Part shown: positions 35,001-42,860 of the stretch, one piece after another
Layout: each line of letters opens with the position of its first letter
How positions within the stretch are numbered: position 1 is the stretch's first letter
Source of the DNA: Acidobacteriota bacterium
Lineage (GTDB): Bacteria > Patescibacteriota > Saccharimonadia > Saccharimonadales > Saccharimonadaceae
NCBI GenBank assembly: GCA_050258575.1
Contig: JBLMYZ010000047.1
Location: 1 to 47,121 of the forward strand
Length of the DNA: 47,121 nucleotides
Reading direction: 5' to 3'
Position numbers and translations under genes: made by a program
The notes under the pieces: generated by a model
Databases searched by the model: none
What the model was told of the DNA's origin: nothing
The model's input: only the letters and a program-made list of their open reading frames with translations

Positions 35001-35127
35001 CCAGAACGGCTGTGACTACCCCCATGATACCGATGAACTGCCAGGGATTTTTGACCCGACTAAACAACCGTGGAACATGTCCGCGTAACTTCAACCCTCC
35101 CTGGTGATTTTGCCTCGTCGTTATCAA
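32071..35127 (-). CDS. Large secreted or surface protein (1018 aa): signal anchor, beta-sandwich region, 7-8 beta-propeller-like repeats, Thr/Ser linker, C-terminal beta-rich domains
   Basis: N-terminal TM/signal sequence (FIGIMGVVTAVLVSSWITRPAQAA). Repeats carry a [TS]-[SD]-D-G-[GST] core: SDGGYVTAGD, SDGGYVAVGT, TDGSIVVGG, SDGGFYIGG, SDGGFLVQG, SDGGYVVAD, TDGTLVVAT. Each is followed by a W-containing strand (TWMRRW, LSWSRVW, FQWSREW, QQWAYIL, VWRTLL, VWDTQY). The exact start is uncertain: TTG at 35127. Confidence 0.75.
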   Translation of the reverse strand: MITTRQNHQGGLKLRGHVPRLFSRVKNPWQFIGIMGVVTAVLVSSWITRPAQAAIGFVGASSSSLSAQGTSITVAAPTGVQSGHYMIASVAIKNTTSDFMPDPDDGWTNIQDDTTGPFNFDVVFRTFGKFFSPGETSYTFSWTGSVYASASIVAYSGVDTTSPVMTSAVQRNPSASMTYTAPSVTTTAANALVVATYGVSGYTDMTAGSGMTRRVYEASGVPTAAQDVVQSTAGASGTKTMTGSSYKSVGVTIALTPGTPPALSQTAYRWFENQDATTSSTYIKSFASTGFTNMKRYAVRPTSDGGYVTAGDILVSTQKRGYISKHAANGTVTWMRRWTYGASNTTFNDVTATSDGGYVAVGTTNSQLLLVKYDSSGALSWSRVWKNNASAGGASGSSVAELTDGSIVVGGRSTQDINSYAAVVKYNASGTFQWSREWPESAAVSAVDSASDGGFYIGGFASSVGYVVKYTSAGAQQWAYILSSMGEVRDIHETSDGGFLVQGEGIVAKYGSSWTSVWRTLLNTMTAPGRGVMTSDGGYVVADSMNANKLIIAKLNSSGVLVWDTQYTSPNPTLGYGGVSVAQLTDGTLVVATDSGSATKLEVSRYTSTGQIYNCSICADGGVTTTSGTSTAALSSTASTTPGNTTASITGTHATITLTPTTIVGEAAVVDVGAPLGGAAQNSVTNAPASGVPFRLRVAQHVTNSTLSSASLKLQFATRGADGLCDTSFNGETYADVTTTSGIAYYNNTAAVDGNIATANANDPIHAGHTNIMQEYNETNPTAVVGAVATGSDGLWDFALKDNNATSGTYCFRMVYNTGTPLEAYSVIPELTVPARVLSVDFVDGTNTVLANPTYDFVGSVVDTSVYQSTSSTFGTATKKIRVYNGLATNGWNLTLSPTDGATALWNKSDSSAKYDFNDSGANATDSGIDTDGYGGQLSSNPTTGAIASSCPLTGVALGSSGNFVEGTVNSVTLMNATSAAAMYCNWDLTGVTLTQTIPKAQPSGTYTIGMTVTATQL

Positions 35128-35250
35128 AACAAGTTAACTCTTTCCTACGAGTTTTATACCAAACTTAGTATATCATAACCACTATGGGTATTGGTACAAA
35201 GAAAAAGTTGACGTGTCGAGATACGTATCATCTGGAGGCGGACGCCGCCC

Positions 35251-35553
35251 TTACAGAGAAGGGTCGGCGTCCGAAGTGTCTCCGCTGCTCTCGAACCGCC
35301 AGATGGCGAGTCCGACCAGCTGTGAGGCGACGGTGAGCGCAACCAGCAATGTATACAAGGGGCTGTACAGCACTGGCAGCTGAGCTGCGAGCCCCAACAC
35401 GGTTGTTGTGGTCACGAACACCCAGCCCATATAGCTGAGTGGACGACGCAGGCCTGCACCCCCGGCCCATAAGAGCGCGGCAACGAAAAACATCGCCGCC
35501 CACCGCACCTCCAAGTAGTCGTTGGGGTTGCCAAAAGCTTGCCACCAATTCAT
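35251..35553 (-). CDS. Small 3-TM membrane protein, first gene of the surface-protein operon
   Basis: MNWWQAFGNPNDYL... with three hydrophobic helices, and GAAGGAAGGAG upstream of the ATG. The overlapping alternative frame (35228-35572) looks non-coding. Confidence 0.6.
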   Translation of the reverse strand: MNWWQAFGNPNDYLEVRWAAMFFVAALLWAGGAGLRRPLSYMGWVFVTTTTVLGLAAQLPVLYSPLYTLLVALTVASQLVGLAIWRFESSGDTSDADPSL

Positions 35554-35710
35554 GGCAAACTCCTTCCTTCAACTCACGGCTCGGTCAGGCAGACCAAGCG
35601 ACAGCGTGAGGACCGTAAAAACTCAACATAGCTCAGTTCCTATGATCCCCACGCTATACTGCAACGTCAAAACGCTTGCCTCGTTGCCTAGAGCAGAGAC
35701 ACTAATTTAC

Positions 35711-35739
35711 ATTATAGCAAATTGTACTGTTTTTGTCAA
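35711..35739 (-). promoter_or_regulatory. Perfect consensus sigma70 promoter (TTGACA-17-TGcTATAAT)
   Basis: Minus strand: TTGACA (35739-35734), a 17-nt spacer ending in TGC, TATAAT (35716-35711). It lies about 150 nt upstream of the ATG at 35553. Confidence 0.7.
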
Positions 35740-35750
35740 CTCTTCCTCTG

Positions 35751-37025
35751 TTACGAGTTGAGTTCTACGAGTCGAGACAGTGTCTTTTCGGTCATGACTC
35801 GGTTTGCCAGGTCGCGGCGCGACTCGGCGGTGTCAAGTTGCTCGTTCATATTTGGAAACTGTTGCTTCATTTCGGCCAAACGTTCCTCGAGTTCTTTGGT
35901 GGAGATATCAACTTTTTCAACTTTTGACAGCTCAGCGAGCACCAGCCCGGACTGTACCCGTCTGGTCGCTGCTTCAGTAAACTCTTTTTCCGCCCACTCC
36001 TGCTCGTCGGCGTAGCCGTTCGCTTTCATGTAGTCCTCGGCGCTCACGCCGCGGTATAGCAGGTTCTGTTTGGCGTCTTGCGTCACTGACCGCAACTGGT
36101 CCTGTACGAGCACTTCCGGCACTGGTACTTTTGACGCCTTGACGAGTGCGCCGATCAACTCGTCTTTGAACACGTCGTCAGCCTCGCGCTCGGCCTGTGC
36201 TTCTAGTTCGCGGCGAATGTCTTTTTTCAACTCATCGACAGTAGTAAACGGTCCAACTTTTTTAGCAAATGTGTCGTCCAGTGTCGGTTTTTTGACCGCT
36301 TGCACGTTTTTGACGGTCACCGCAAACACTACCGGCTGGCCAGCAAGGCTTTTTTCATGATAGTCTTTCGGAAACTTTAGCGGAACATCGAAACTCTCGC
36401 CCGTCTTGTGGCCGACCAGTGCGTCTTCGAACCCAGGGATAAACGTTTTTGAACCAATTGCCAGCGGATAGTCTGTCGCCGTGCCACCGTCAAACGCTTC
36501 GCCGTCTTTTTTTCCGACAAAGTCTATAGTCACCTCATCGCCATCTGCCGCGGCACGTTTGACCGTTGTTTTTTCAGCGCTGTTTGTCAGAAGGCGCTCA
36601 ACAACATCGTCGATATCTTTGTCGGTTACTTTTTTGACCGTTTTTTTGACTTTTAGTTTTTTGTAGTTTCCGAGTGTGATATCTGGGATAATCTCAAGCA
36701 TGGCTTCGTATTCGAGGTCGGTAAACGGCACGAATTTTTTCAACTGAATCTGTGGCTGGTCAAGCACGCGGAGGGTTTCCGCGGCAATCACCTCGTTCAG
36801 AGTGTGGTTAACTGCCTCTTCGACGACATCGTTGGCGAGCGCATTTGCGTCAAGATGTTTTTCGGCAACGTGCGGCGGCACTTTGCCTTTACGAAACCCG
36901 TTAAGCTTGATATTTCGCGCCAAAGTTTTGAGCACAGCGGCTTTGGCCGTCTCTAGCTCGTCAGCTGTCGCCGTAACCGTAACAACAACTTGAGTGTCAG
37001 ATGATTTTTTCAGAGTATGTTTCAT
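35751..37025 (-). CDS. tig: Trigger factor
   Basis: N-terminal ribosome-binding GFRKGKVP motif, a central FKBP-like domain and a C-terminal arm domain. Confidence 0.95.
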   Translation of the reverse strand: MKHTLKKSSDTQVVVTVTATADELETAKAAVLKTLARNIKLNGFRKGKVPPHVAEKHLDANALANDVVEEAVNHTLNEVIAAETLRVLDQPQIQLKKFVPFTDLEYEAMLEIIPDITLGNYKKLKVKKTVKKVTDKDIDDVVERLLTNSAEKTTVKRAAADGDEVTIDFVGKKDGEAFDGGTATDYPLAIGSKTFIPGFEDALVGHKTGESFDVPLKFPKDYHEKSLAGQPVVFAVTVKNVQAVKKPTLDDTFAKKVGPFTTVDELKKDIRRELEAQAEREADDVFKDELIGALVKASKVPVPEVLVQDQLRSVTQDAKQNLLYRGVSAEDYMKANGYADEQEWAEKEFTEAATRRVQSGLVLAELSKVEKVDISTKELEERLAEMKQQFPNMNEQLDTAESRRDLANRVMTEKTLSRLVELNS

Positions 37026-37033
37026 AGGTATCT

Positions 37034-37042
37034 ATTTTACCA
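37034..37042 (-). promoter_or_regulatory. Extended -10 (TGgTAAAAT) 8 nt upstream of the tig ATG
   Basis: Minus strand: TGG TAAAAT agatacct ATG. No Shine-Dalgarno. Confidence 0.4.
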
Positions 37043-37082
37043 GATAGACCAGTTTCGGGCGACCATGAGCGAGTTACCTACC

Positions 37083-37107
37083 AAAAAAGAGCCCGAGGGG
37101 GCTCTTT
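37083..37107 (-). terminator. Intrinsic terminator after rpsI
   Basis: Minus strand: AAAGAGCCCC-ctc-GGGCTCTTTTTT. Confidence 0.8.
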
Positions 37108-37112
37108 GGCGG

Positions 37113-37511
37113 TTAACGTTTCGAGAATTGCTCGCGTTTACGAGCACTACGCAAACCGTACTTTTTGCGCTCTTTTTCGCGTGGGTCGCGTTTTATAAAC
37201 CCGGCTTTTTTGAGTGCTGGCCGCTGTGTTTCGTCCATTTCGGCGAGAGCTTTGGCGATGGCGCTTTTGGCAGCATCGACTTGGCCGCTCGTGCCGCCGC
37301 CGCTAATCACGAGGCTAACGTCAAACTCTTTCTGTTTGCCGACGAGAGCAAGCGGGTCGGTGAGCTCAGCGAGAAGCGTCGTATTGCCGTCAAGGTAGTC
37401 GTCAGCGGTTTTGCCGTTGATAACGATCGTTCCTTTGCCACCCGTCAAACGGGCGCGCGCAGTAGCGCTTTTGCGGCGGCCGAGGCCGTAGAAATAGTCG
37501 TTTTTTGCCAT
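37113..37511 (-). CDS. rpsI: 30S ribosomal protein S9
   Basis: YGLGRRKSATARARL..G.G.I.INGK... and C-terminal ...KKYGLRSARKREQFSKR. The ATG at 37511 lies just after the rplM stop. Confidence 0.97.
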   Translation of the reverse strand: MAKNDYFYGLGRRKSATARARLTGGKGTIVINGKTADDYLDGNTTLLAELTDPLALVGKQKEFDVSLVISGGGTSGQVDAAKSAIAKALAEMDETQRPALKKAGFIKRDPREKERKKYGLRSARKREQFSKR

Positions 37512-37512
37512 A

Positions 37513-37944
37513 CTACTGTACCTCCAGTTGCTTAGGTTTTTGTGCGTCGTGGGTGTGTTCCGCACCAGCAAAGACACGCAGGCGAGCCATCCGCTCTGGC
37601 GACAACTTGTTTTTAGGAATCATACCTTTGACAGCATGTTCGATGATATGTGCCGAGTTAATGTCGCGCGTTTCTTTGAGCGTGCGTTCTTTGAGTCCGC
37701 CCGGGAAACCACTGTGGCGGTAGTATGTTTTGGACTCTTCTTTGTTGCCGGTCACGACGAGTTTGTCGGCGTTAATGACAACCACGTAGTCACCGTCGTC
37801 CACGTGCGGTGTAAATGTCGGCTTGTATTTGCCAGTTAGGCGCGTTGCGACAAACGATGCCAGGCGTCCGAGCGGCACGTTGGCGGCGTCGACGAGCACC
37901 CATTGGCGTGAGACTTCGGCTTGTTTGAGTGAAAATGTTTTCAT
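37513..37944 (-). CDS. rplM: 50S ribosomal protein L13
   Basis: MKTFSLKQAEVSRQWVLVDA.N.PLGRLAS.VA..L.GK.KP.FTPHVD.GD.VVVINA.K. The start was set at the ATG at 37944. Confidence 0.97.
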   Translation of the reverse strand: MKTFSLKQAEVSRQWVLVDAANVPLGRLASFVATRLTGKYKPTFTPHVDDGDYVVVINADKLVVTGNKEESKTYYRHSGFPGGLKERTLKETRDINSAHIIEHAVKGMIPKNKLSPERMARLRVFAGAEHTHDAQKPKQLEVQ

Positions 37945-37945
37945 A

Positions 37946-38488
37946 CTAGCGTTCCCCTGTCTTTCTGACCGTTGTTGCTGGCTTGTGCGCAGTTGTCTGG
38001 CTCTTTGGGGTAACTTTCTTTGGCGCAGTAGCCTTGACAGCAGCTGTCTCAGCCTTTGGGTCATGCGTTACTTTGGTTGCGCCCGAAGCAGCAGCGGCTT
38101 TGTCGCTAGTAGCCTCAGTTTTTTCGCCGATGTCGTCAACGAACGAGATCGTCGCCATTTGTGCGTTGTCGCCAACTCGTGTACGCGTTCGTTCGATACG
38201 AAGATGTCCACTCGTGCGGCCAGCTAGTTTTGGCGCGATTTCGTCGACTAGTTTGTAGGCGGCGTCGACAGTCGCAAGACCTGCGATTACCTGTCGGCGG
38301 TTTGCCAAATCACCGCGTTTGGCTTTGGTGATCAGTACCTCGACGTACGGCACTGTTTCTTTGGCTTTTTCCAGCGTCGTTTCAATAGAGCCGTAGGTGA
38401 CTAGACTCGTTGCCAAGCCTTTTATGAGTGCTCGACGTTGGTCGGTCTCGCGGCCAAACTTACGACCTTTGTATCCGTGTCTATGCAT
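37946..38488 (-). CDS. rplQ: 50S ribosomal protein L17 with a ~60-aa Ala/Thr/Lys-rich C-terminal extension
   Basis: MHRHGYKGRKFGRETDQRRALIKGLATSL...IETT..KAKE..P.VE.LIT.AK. Confidence 0.96.
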   Translation of the reverse strand: MHRHGYKGRKFGRETDQRRALIKGLATSLVTYGSIETTLEKAKETVPYVEVLITKAKRGDLANRRQVIAGLATVDAAYKLVDEIAPKLAGRTSGHLRIERTRTRVGDNAQMATISFVDDIGEKTEATSDKAAAASGATKVTHDPKAETAAVKATAPKKVTPKSQTTAHKPATTVRKTGER

Positions 38489-38491
38489 AGG

Positions 38492-39415
38492 CTATAGCTC
38501 CATCCCAGCCAGCGCGTCTTTGACTTCGTCGAGCGCTTTGCTCCCAAAGCCCTTGAGCTCACGCAGGTCGTTTTCGCTCAGCGTCACGAGATCGTTGATA
38601 GTACGAATATCATTGTTAATAAGTGCGTTCGTCGTGCGAGCACCGAGGTTGAGTTCCTCGATCGGCATCATGAGTTTGTTGTTGGCGTCGTTTGACGCGT
38701 CGCTCAGACTTGGTGCTGCTTCGACTCGAGTCGAACCAGCGAGCGCTGTGTATTGGTTGATCAAAATTGCCGCCGCTTCCTCGAAAGCGTCCTGCGGCGT
38801 CAGCGTCCCGTCGGTGTCGACAGTCAGAACGAGCTTGTCAAGATCGGTATGCTGACCAACGCGTGTGCTTTCAACTTTGTAGCGAACGCGCTGCACTGGA
38901 CTAAAGAACGCGTCGAGCGCGATCATGTCGCTATGCAACCGTTTGTCGGTTGACTCCTCGAGCGTGCGGTATCCGCGGCCGGTTTCGACTACAAAGTGCA
39001 TTGTTACTGAGGTTTTAGCGTCGTCGATGGTGCAGATAACCGCGTCTTTGTCGACGATCTCAATATCTGCGGTCAGTTTGAGGTCGCCGGCAGTAACAAC
39101 GCCTGCGCCTTTTTTCTCGAGACTAATCTCGACTGGTTCGTCGCTCTTTGAGCGCAAACGGATCGCTTTGACGTTGAGCATGATATCAACGACATCCTCT
39201 TTAACTCCTGGGATCGTCGTGAACTCGTGTGTTACACCGTCAACACGAAACGCCGTGATTGCTGAGCCTTCGATGCTCGACAGCAACACGCGGCGCAAGC
39301 TGTTACCGAGCGTCATACCGTAACCGGTGTGTAGCGGCTCGACAACAAAGGTAGCACTCGTCGCACTGTGTTCGTCAACGCTTGCCAGAGTTGGGTTGTG
39401 AATTGCTTGTGACAT
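38492..39415 (-). CDS. rpoA: DNA-directed RNA polymerase subunit alpha
   Basis: EPL..GYG.TLGN.LRR.LLSS..G.A, and the C-terminal domain IEELNL..R..N.L....I.TI.DL. Confidence 0.98.
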   Translation of the reverse strand: MSQAIHNPTLASVDEHSATSATFVVEPLHTGYGMTLGNSLRRVLLSSIEGSAITAFRVDGVTHEFTTIPGVKEDVVDIMLNVKAIRLRSKSDEPVEISLEKKGAGVVTAGDLKLTADIEIVDKDAVICTIDDAKTSVTMHFVVETGRGYRTLEESTDKRLHSDMIALDAFFSPVQRVRYKVESTRVGQHTDLDKLVLTVDTDGTLTPQDAFEEAAAILINQYTALAGSTRVEAAPSLSDASNDANNKLMMPIEELNLGARTTNALINNDIRTINDLVTLSENDLRELKGFGSKALDEVKDALAGMEL

Positions 39416-39436
39416 ATATATGTGCCTCCCTTTTCC

Positions 39437-40054
39437 CTACCGCGAGTAGTACTCGACGATGAGCTGTTCGTTAATATCTGCTTCGGCTTCGCTGCGTGCT
39501 GGAAGTCCAGTGACGGTAATCGTCATTTTCTTCGGATCGCTTTTCATCCAGCCGAATGTTGGTTGGTTGGCGTCTTTAACGACCTCGTCGAGGCCTTTAA
39601 AGTAGCCGCTTGTTACGCTTTTTGGTCGGACGGTAATCACGTCGCCAGCCTTGAGGCGAATCGACGGGATGTCAACGCGGCGGCCGTTCAGCATAAAGTG
39701 GCCGTGGCTCACGAGTTGGCGAGCTGCTCGGCGGCTGAGTGCAAACCCAGCGCGATAGACGGCGTTGTCCAGACGGCGTTCGAGTAGTTGCAGCAAAATC
39801 TCGCCAGATTGGCCTTCCATACGCGTCGCTTCTTTCATGAGCAAGCTGAACTGTTTTTCCAGCAGGCCGTACAAGCGGCGAACTTTTTGCTTTTCGCGCA
39901 GTTGCTCGGCATACATACTCACCTTGCCTTGGCGATCGCGGCCATGCTGACCAGGAATACCGCTCTTTTTCGCCATGATCTTGTGCGCTTTTGGATGCAG
40001 CGCGTAGCCTTCACGACGGCTTTGTTTGACTATAGGGTCTCTGTCTCGTGCCAT
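39437..40054 (-). CDS. rpsD: 30S ribosomal protein S4
   Basis: YG..L.EKQK.RR.YG.LE.QF, and the S4 domain RLDN.VYR.GFA.SRR.ARQLV.HGH...NG.RV.IPS. Confidence 0.97.
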   Translation of the reverse strand: MARDRDPIVKQSRREGYALHPKAHKIMAKKSGIPGQHGRDRQGKVSMYAEQLREKQKVRRLYGLLEKQFSLLMKEATRMEGQSGEILLQLLERRLDNAVYRAGFALSRRAARQLVSHGHFMLNGRRVDIPSIRLKAGDVITVRPKSVTSGYFKGLDEVVKDANQPTFGWMKSDPKKMTITVTGLPARSEAEADINEQLIVEYYSR

Positions 40055-40462
40055 TTATCCTCTCCTCGCTTTCGGTGGTCGTGTACCGCCATGAGGGATA
40101 CCGGTCACGTCTTTGATACTAAGCACTGCAATATCGTAGCTCTGTAACGTACGAATCGCCGAGTCGCGTCCTAGCCCGACACCTTTGACAAAAACGTCAA
40201 CTTTTGTCAAGCCAAACTGGCTCTTGGCAGCCTCGGCGGCTTTTTCGCTTGCCACCTGGGCAGCATAGGCGGTGCCTTTTTTGCTCCCTTTGAAACCGCA
40301 AGCTCCGGCGCTCGACTGGGCGATTACATTGCCTTTACCGTCAGTAAACGATACGATCGTGTTGTTAAATGTCGCTTGAATATGCAACTGACCGGTCGGA
40401 ACTGATCGGCGAGCTTTCTTTTTGGTGGTTTTTGCAACTGGTTTCTGTGCAACGTCTGCCAT
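40055..40462 (-). CDS. rpsK: 30S ribosomal protein S11
   Basis: G..HI.ATFNNTIVS.TD..GNVIA.SSAG..GFKGS.K.T.YAAQ. Confidence 0.98.
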   Translation of the reverse strand: MADVAQKPVAKTTKKKARRSVPTGQLHIQATFNNTIVSFTDGKGNVIAQSSAGACGFKGSKKGTAYAAQVASEKAAEAAKSQFGLTKVDVFVKGVGLGRDSAIRTLQSYDIAVLSIKDVTGIPHGGTRPPKARRG

Positions 40463-40474
40463 ATCAACTCCTTC

Positions 40475-40861
40475 CTATGTCTTACTTGCTGCTTTAGGTT
40501 GTGCACCACCGACGGCAATACGTTTGCCGCGGCGAGTTCGGGCGTTAGTGCGAGTGCGCTGGCCGCGAGATGGCAAGCCTTTTTTGTGGCGCTCGCCACG
40601 ATACGAACCGATGTCTTTCAACCGTTTGATATCATTTGCCACGACGCGGTGCAGGTCACCCTCGACCGTAAAGTTAGCGTCAACTTCGTCGCGAATTTTT
40701 TTCAGCTCAGCCTCGGACAAATCCTTGACTCGCTTTGTCGGATCTATTTTCGTCGCTTCAAGTATCTGAGCCGAGTGTTTTGGCCCGATACCGTAGATGT
40801 ATCGAAGCGCAATCTGCACTTGCTTCTCGCTTGGAATCACGACGTTTGCTATGCGTGCCAT
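40475..40861 (-). CDS. rpsM: 30S ribosomal protein S13
   Basis: MARIA.V.IP..K.V.IAL.YIYGIG......IL... GSYRG.RH..GLP.RGQRT.TNART. Confidence 0.98.
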   Translation of the reverse strand: MARIANVVIPSEKQVQIALRYIYGIGPKHSAQILEATKIDPTKRVKDLSEAELKKIRDEVDANFTVEGDLHRVVANDIKRLKDIGSYRGERHKKGLPSRGQRTRTNARTRRGKRIAVGGAQPKAASKT

Positions 40862-40867
40862 ATGCGT

Positions 40868-40984
40868 TTATCCCTGCCTCTGCTTATTTTTAGGTTTCTT
40901 TTTGTTGATGACATAGAGCCGCCCTTTTCGGCGGACAATAATATCATCGGGGCTGATTTTTTTGACACTGGCTCGAACCTTCAC
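40868..40984 (-). CDS. rpmJ: 50S ribosomal protein L36, Cys-less (non-zinc) form; it is below the ORF-track size cutoff
   Basis: GTG start preceded by GGGAGGA. Translation: (M)[37 protein letters not shown]. This matches L36 end to end, but the CxxC...C...H ligands are replaced by S, D, N and N. Confidence 0.9.
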   Translation of the reverse strand: MKVRASVKKISPDDIIVRRKGRLYVINKKKPKNKQRQG

Positions 40985-41005
40985 AGTGTATTCCTCCCGT
41001 TATGG

Positions 41006-41230
41006 TTAATCCTTGAGTCGGAAGCTGATTCTGCCCTTTGTGAGATCGTAAGGGGTTAACTCAACCTCGACTTTATCGCCCGGCACTAACTTGATGTAGT
41101 GCTTGCGCATCTTCCCTGACACGTGAGCGATAATACTGTGTCCATTTTCCAGTTCGACACGAAACTTGGCGCCAGGCAAAGCCTCCACCACCACACCGAC
41201 AAGTTTTATGACTTCCTTCGTATTGGACAT
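41006..41230 (-). CDS. infA: Translation initiation factor IF-1
   Basis: [16 protein letters not shown]...AH.SGKMRK.YI...PGD.V.VEL.PYDL.KGRI..R. Confidence 0.98.
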   Translation of the reverse strand: MSNTKEVIKLVGVVVEALPGAKFRVELENGHSIIAHVSGKMRKHYIKLVPGDKVEVELTPYDLTKGRISFRLKD

Positions 41231-41245
41231 AAGTTACAGTGACGC

Positions 41246-41274
41246 ATTATACACCATAAATAACAGCGTGTAAA
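41246..41274 (-). promoter_or_regulatory. Sigma70-type promoter for infA and downstream genes
   Basis: Minus strand: TTTACA (41274-41269), 17 nt, TATAAT (41251-41246). The ATG lies 15 nt after the -10 and has no Shine-Dalgarno. Confidence 0.55.
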
Positions 41275-41342
41275 CAGATAACGCGACTTTCGTGTCGATT
41301 TTTCGTTTCTAACAACCGCGAGTAGGTATTTTTCACCTCGCT

Positions 41343-42761
41343 CTAGTACTCGTCGTACGTCACCATGAGGGCGCGCGAGTTGATCTGACGGAGAGTTTCG
41401 AGTGCGACTGATACAACGATCAATAACCCAGTTCCGCCAATAGCGAGGTTAGCGGTGTTGAGGCCAAAGTGCGCCGAGATGTATTCGAAAAGAAACGGCA
41501 TCGTCGCGATAAGACCAAGCGCCAGCGAACCGAACAATGTCAAGCGGTTGACGGTGCGGCTAAGGTATTTTTCGGTCTGCGGACCAGGCCGTACGCCTTC
41601 TATAAAACCACCCTGTTTTTGCAAACTCTCGGCGATCTCGTTACTGTTAAACACGATCCCGGTGTAAAAGTACGTGAACATCACGACCAGCAGGAAATAC
41701 ACCACTGGATAGACAAACACCGTCCAGTCCGTCGCCGTCGCGAACGACTGCGCACTCGGCGTCTGGAACCATTTGACGAGGTTCTGGCCAACCGATACCG
41801 CACCACTGTTGTTTTGCATACTCACCAGTACCTGTCCGACAAACGCCGGCAGCGCCAAAAAGGCAACCGCAAAGATAACTGGGATCACTCCAGCGGTGAT
41901 AAGTTTTACCGGCAAAATACTTTTCACGCCGCTGTAGGCAGTGTTTCCGTGCACCCGTTTTGCATAGTTGATGGTGATAATCCGCTGCGCCTCGTTGATC
42001 TTCACCAAAAAGTACAAGATCAAGATACTAACAACCGCAAACGCGAGCAGTGTCCAGGTCGCCACGCCGTTCACCGGCAGCGTCACCCAGTTGAAAATAT
42101 ACAGCTTCGCCTCGTCTGTTGGCACGTAGGCGAGCGAGTTCCAGATCGTCGAAAAAGTTTGCGGCAGGCTAGCGATAATCCCGCCAAAAATCAACAGGCT
42201 AATACCGTTACCGACACCTTGCTCGGTGATCAGCTCGCCGAGCCACATCAGTATCACCGCTCCGGCCGTCATGGCCGACACCGCCAGTACCCACTCAAAC
42301 GGACTAGTGCTTGTCAAAACTGCCGTGTTTCCAGCTAGAACTGTTTGGCGAATAATCAAAATAAAAGCGATCGACTGCAAAATAGCTAGCGGCACCGTCA
42401 ACAGCCGCGTCCACTGGTTGATCTTGCGGCGGCCAGATTCGCCGTCTTTATGAATCTCCTCAAGGCTGGGTATCGCTTTTGTTAGCAACTGCGTGATCAC
42501 CGATGCGGTGATATACGGGCTCAACCCGACAAGGACAATACTAAGACTCGCGAGCGCACCACCGGTCAACAGGTTCATAAAACCACCGAGGTCGGTCGCG
42601 TTTAGTGTCGATTCGATCACTTGTTTGAGTGTCGTTGCGTCTGCGAGCGGCACGGGGACTTGCGCCAGAAAACGGTACGCAACAATAATTCCAACAACAA
42701 TACCGAGCCGCCGCAACATATCACGGTTTTTCAGCGAGGCAAAAATAGTACGCCAGTTCAT
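41343..42761 (-). CDS. secY: Preprotein translocase subunit SecY
   Basis: Ten-TM protein with SecY signatures (GI.PYITASII.QLL, GISLLIF.GI). Confidence 0.98.
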   Translation of the reverse strand: MNWRTIFASLKNRDMLRRLGIVVGIIVAYRFLAQVPVPLADATTLKQVIESTLNATDLGGFMNLLTGGALASLSIVLVGLSPYITASVITQLLTKAIPSLEEIHKDGESGRRKINQWTRLLTVPLAILQSIAFILIIRQTVLAGNTAVLTSTSPFEWVLAVSAMTAGAVILMWLGELITEQGVGNGISLLIFGGIIASLPQTFSTIWNSLAYVPTDEAKLYIFNWVTLPVNGVATWTLLAFAVVSILILYFLVKINEAQRIITINYAKRVHGNTAYSGVKSILPVKLITAGVIPVIFAVAFLALPAFVGQVLVSMQNNSGAVSVGQNLVKWFQTPSAQSFATATDWTVFVYPVVYFLLVVMFTYFYTGIVFNSNEIAESLQKQGGFIEGVRPGPQTEKYLSRTVNRLTLFGSLALGLIATMPFLFEYISAHFGLNTANLAIGGTGLLIVVSVALETLRQINSRALMVTYDEY

Positions 42762-42848
42762 GTTTTTCTACAACCCTTCATATTACTTGGAGCTTAGTAT
42801 ATAAGAGTTCGTCAAATATTTCCATAGGTTTCGCTGTTCGCTATGCGG

Positions 42849-42854
42849 TACAAT
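42849..42854 (+). promoter_or_regulatory. -10 box (TACAAT) 6 nt upstream of the ATG at 42861
   Basis: TACAAT aactat ATG. Confidence 0.4.
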
Positions 42855-42860
42855 AACTAT

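Noticed and set aside
35228-35572. 114-aa alternative frame overlapping the 3-TM mini-protein
   Set aside because: It is Arg/Ala-rich and not protein-like. The 100-aa frame (35251-35553) has a strong Shine-Dalgarno and clear TM helices.
41469-42338. 289-aa plus-strand ORF
   Set aside because: It is antisense to secY, and its Arg/His/Gln-rich composition is typical of a shadow frame.
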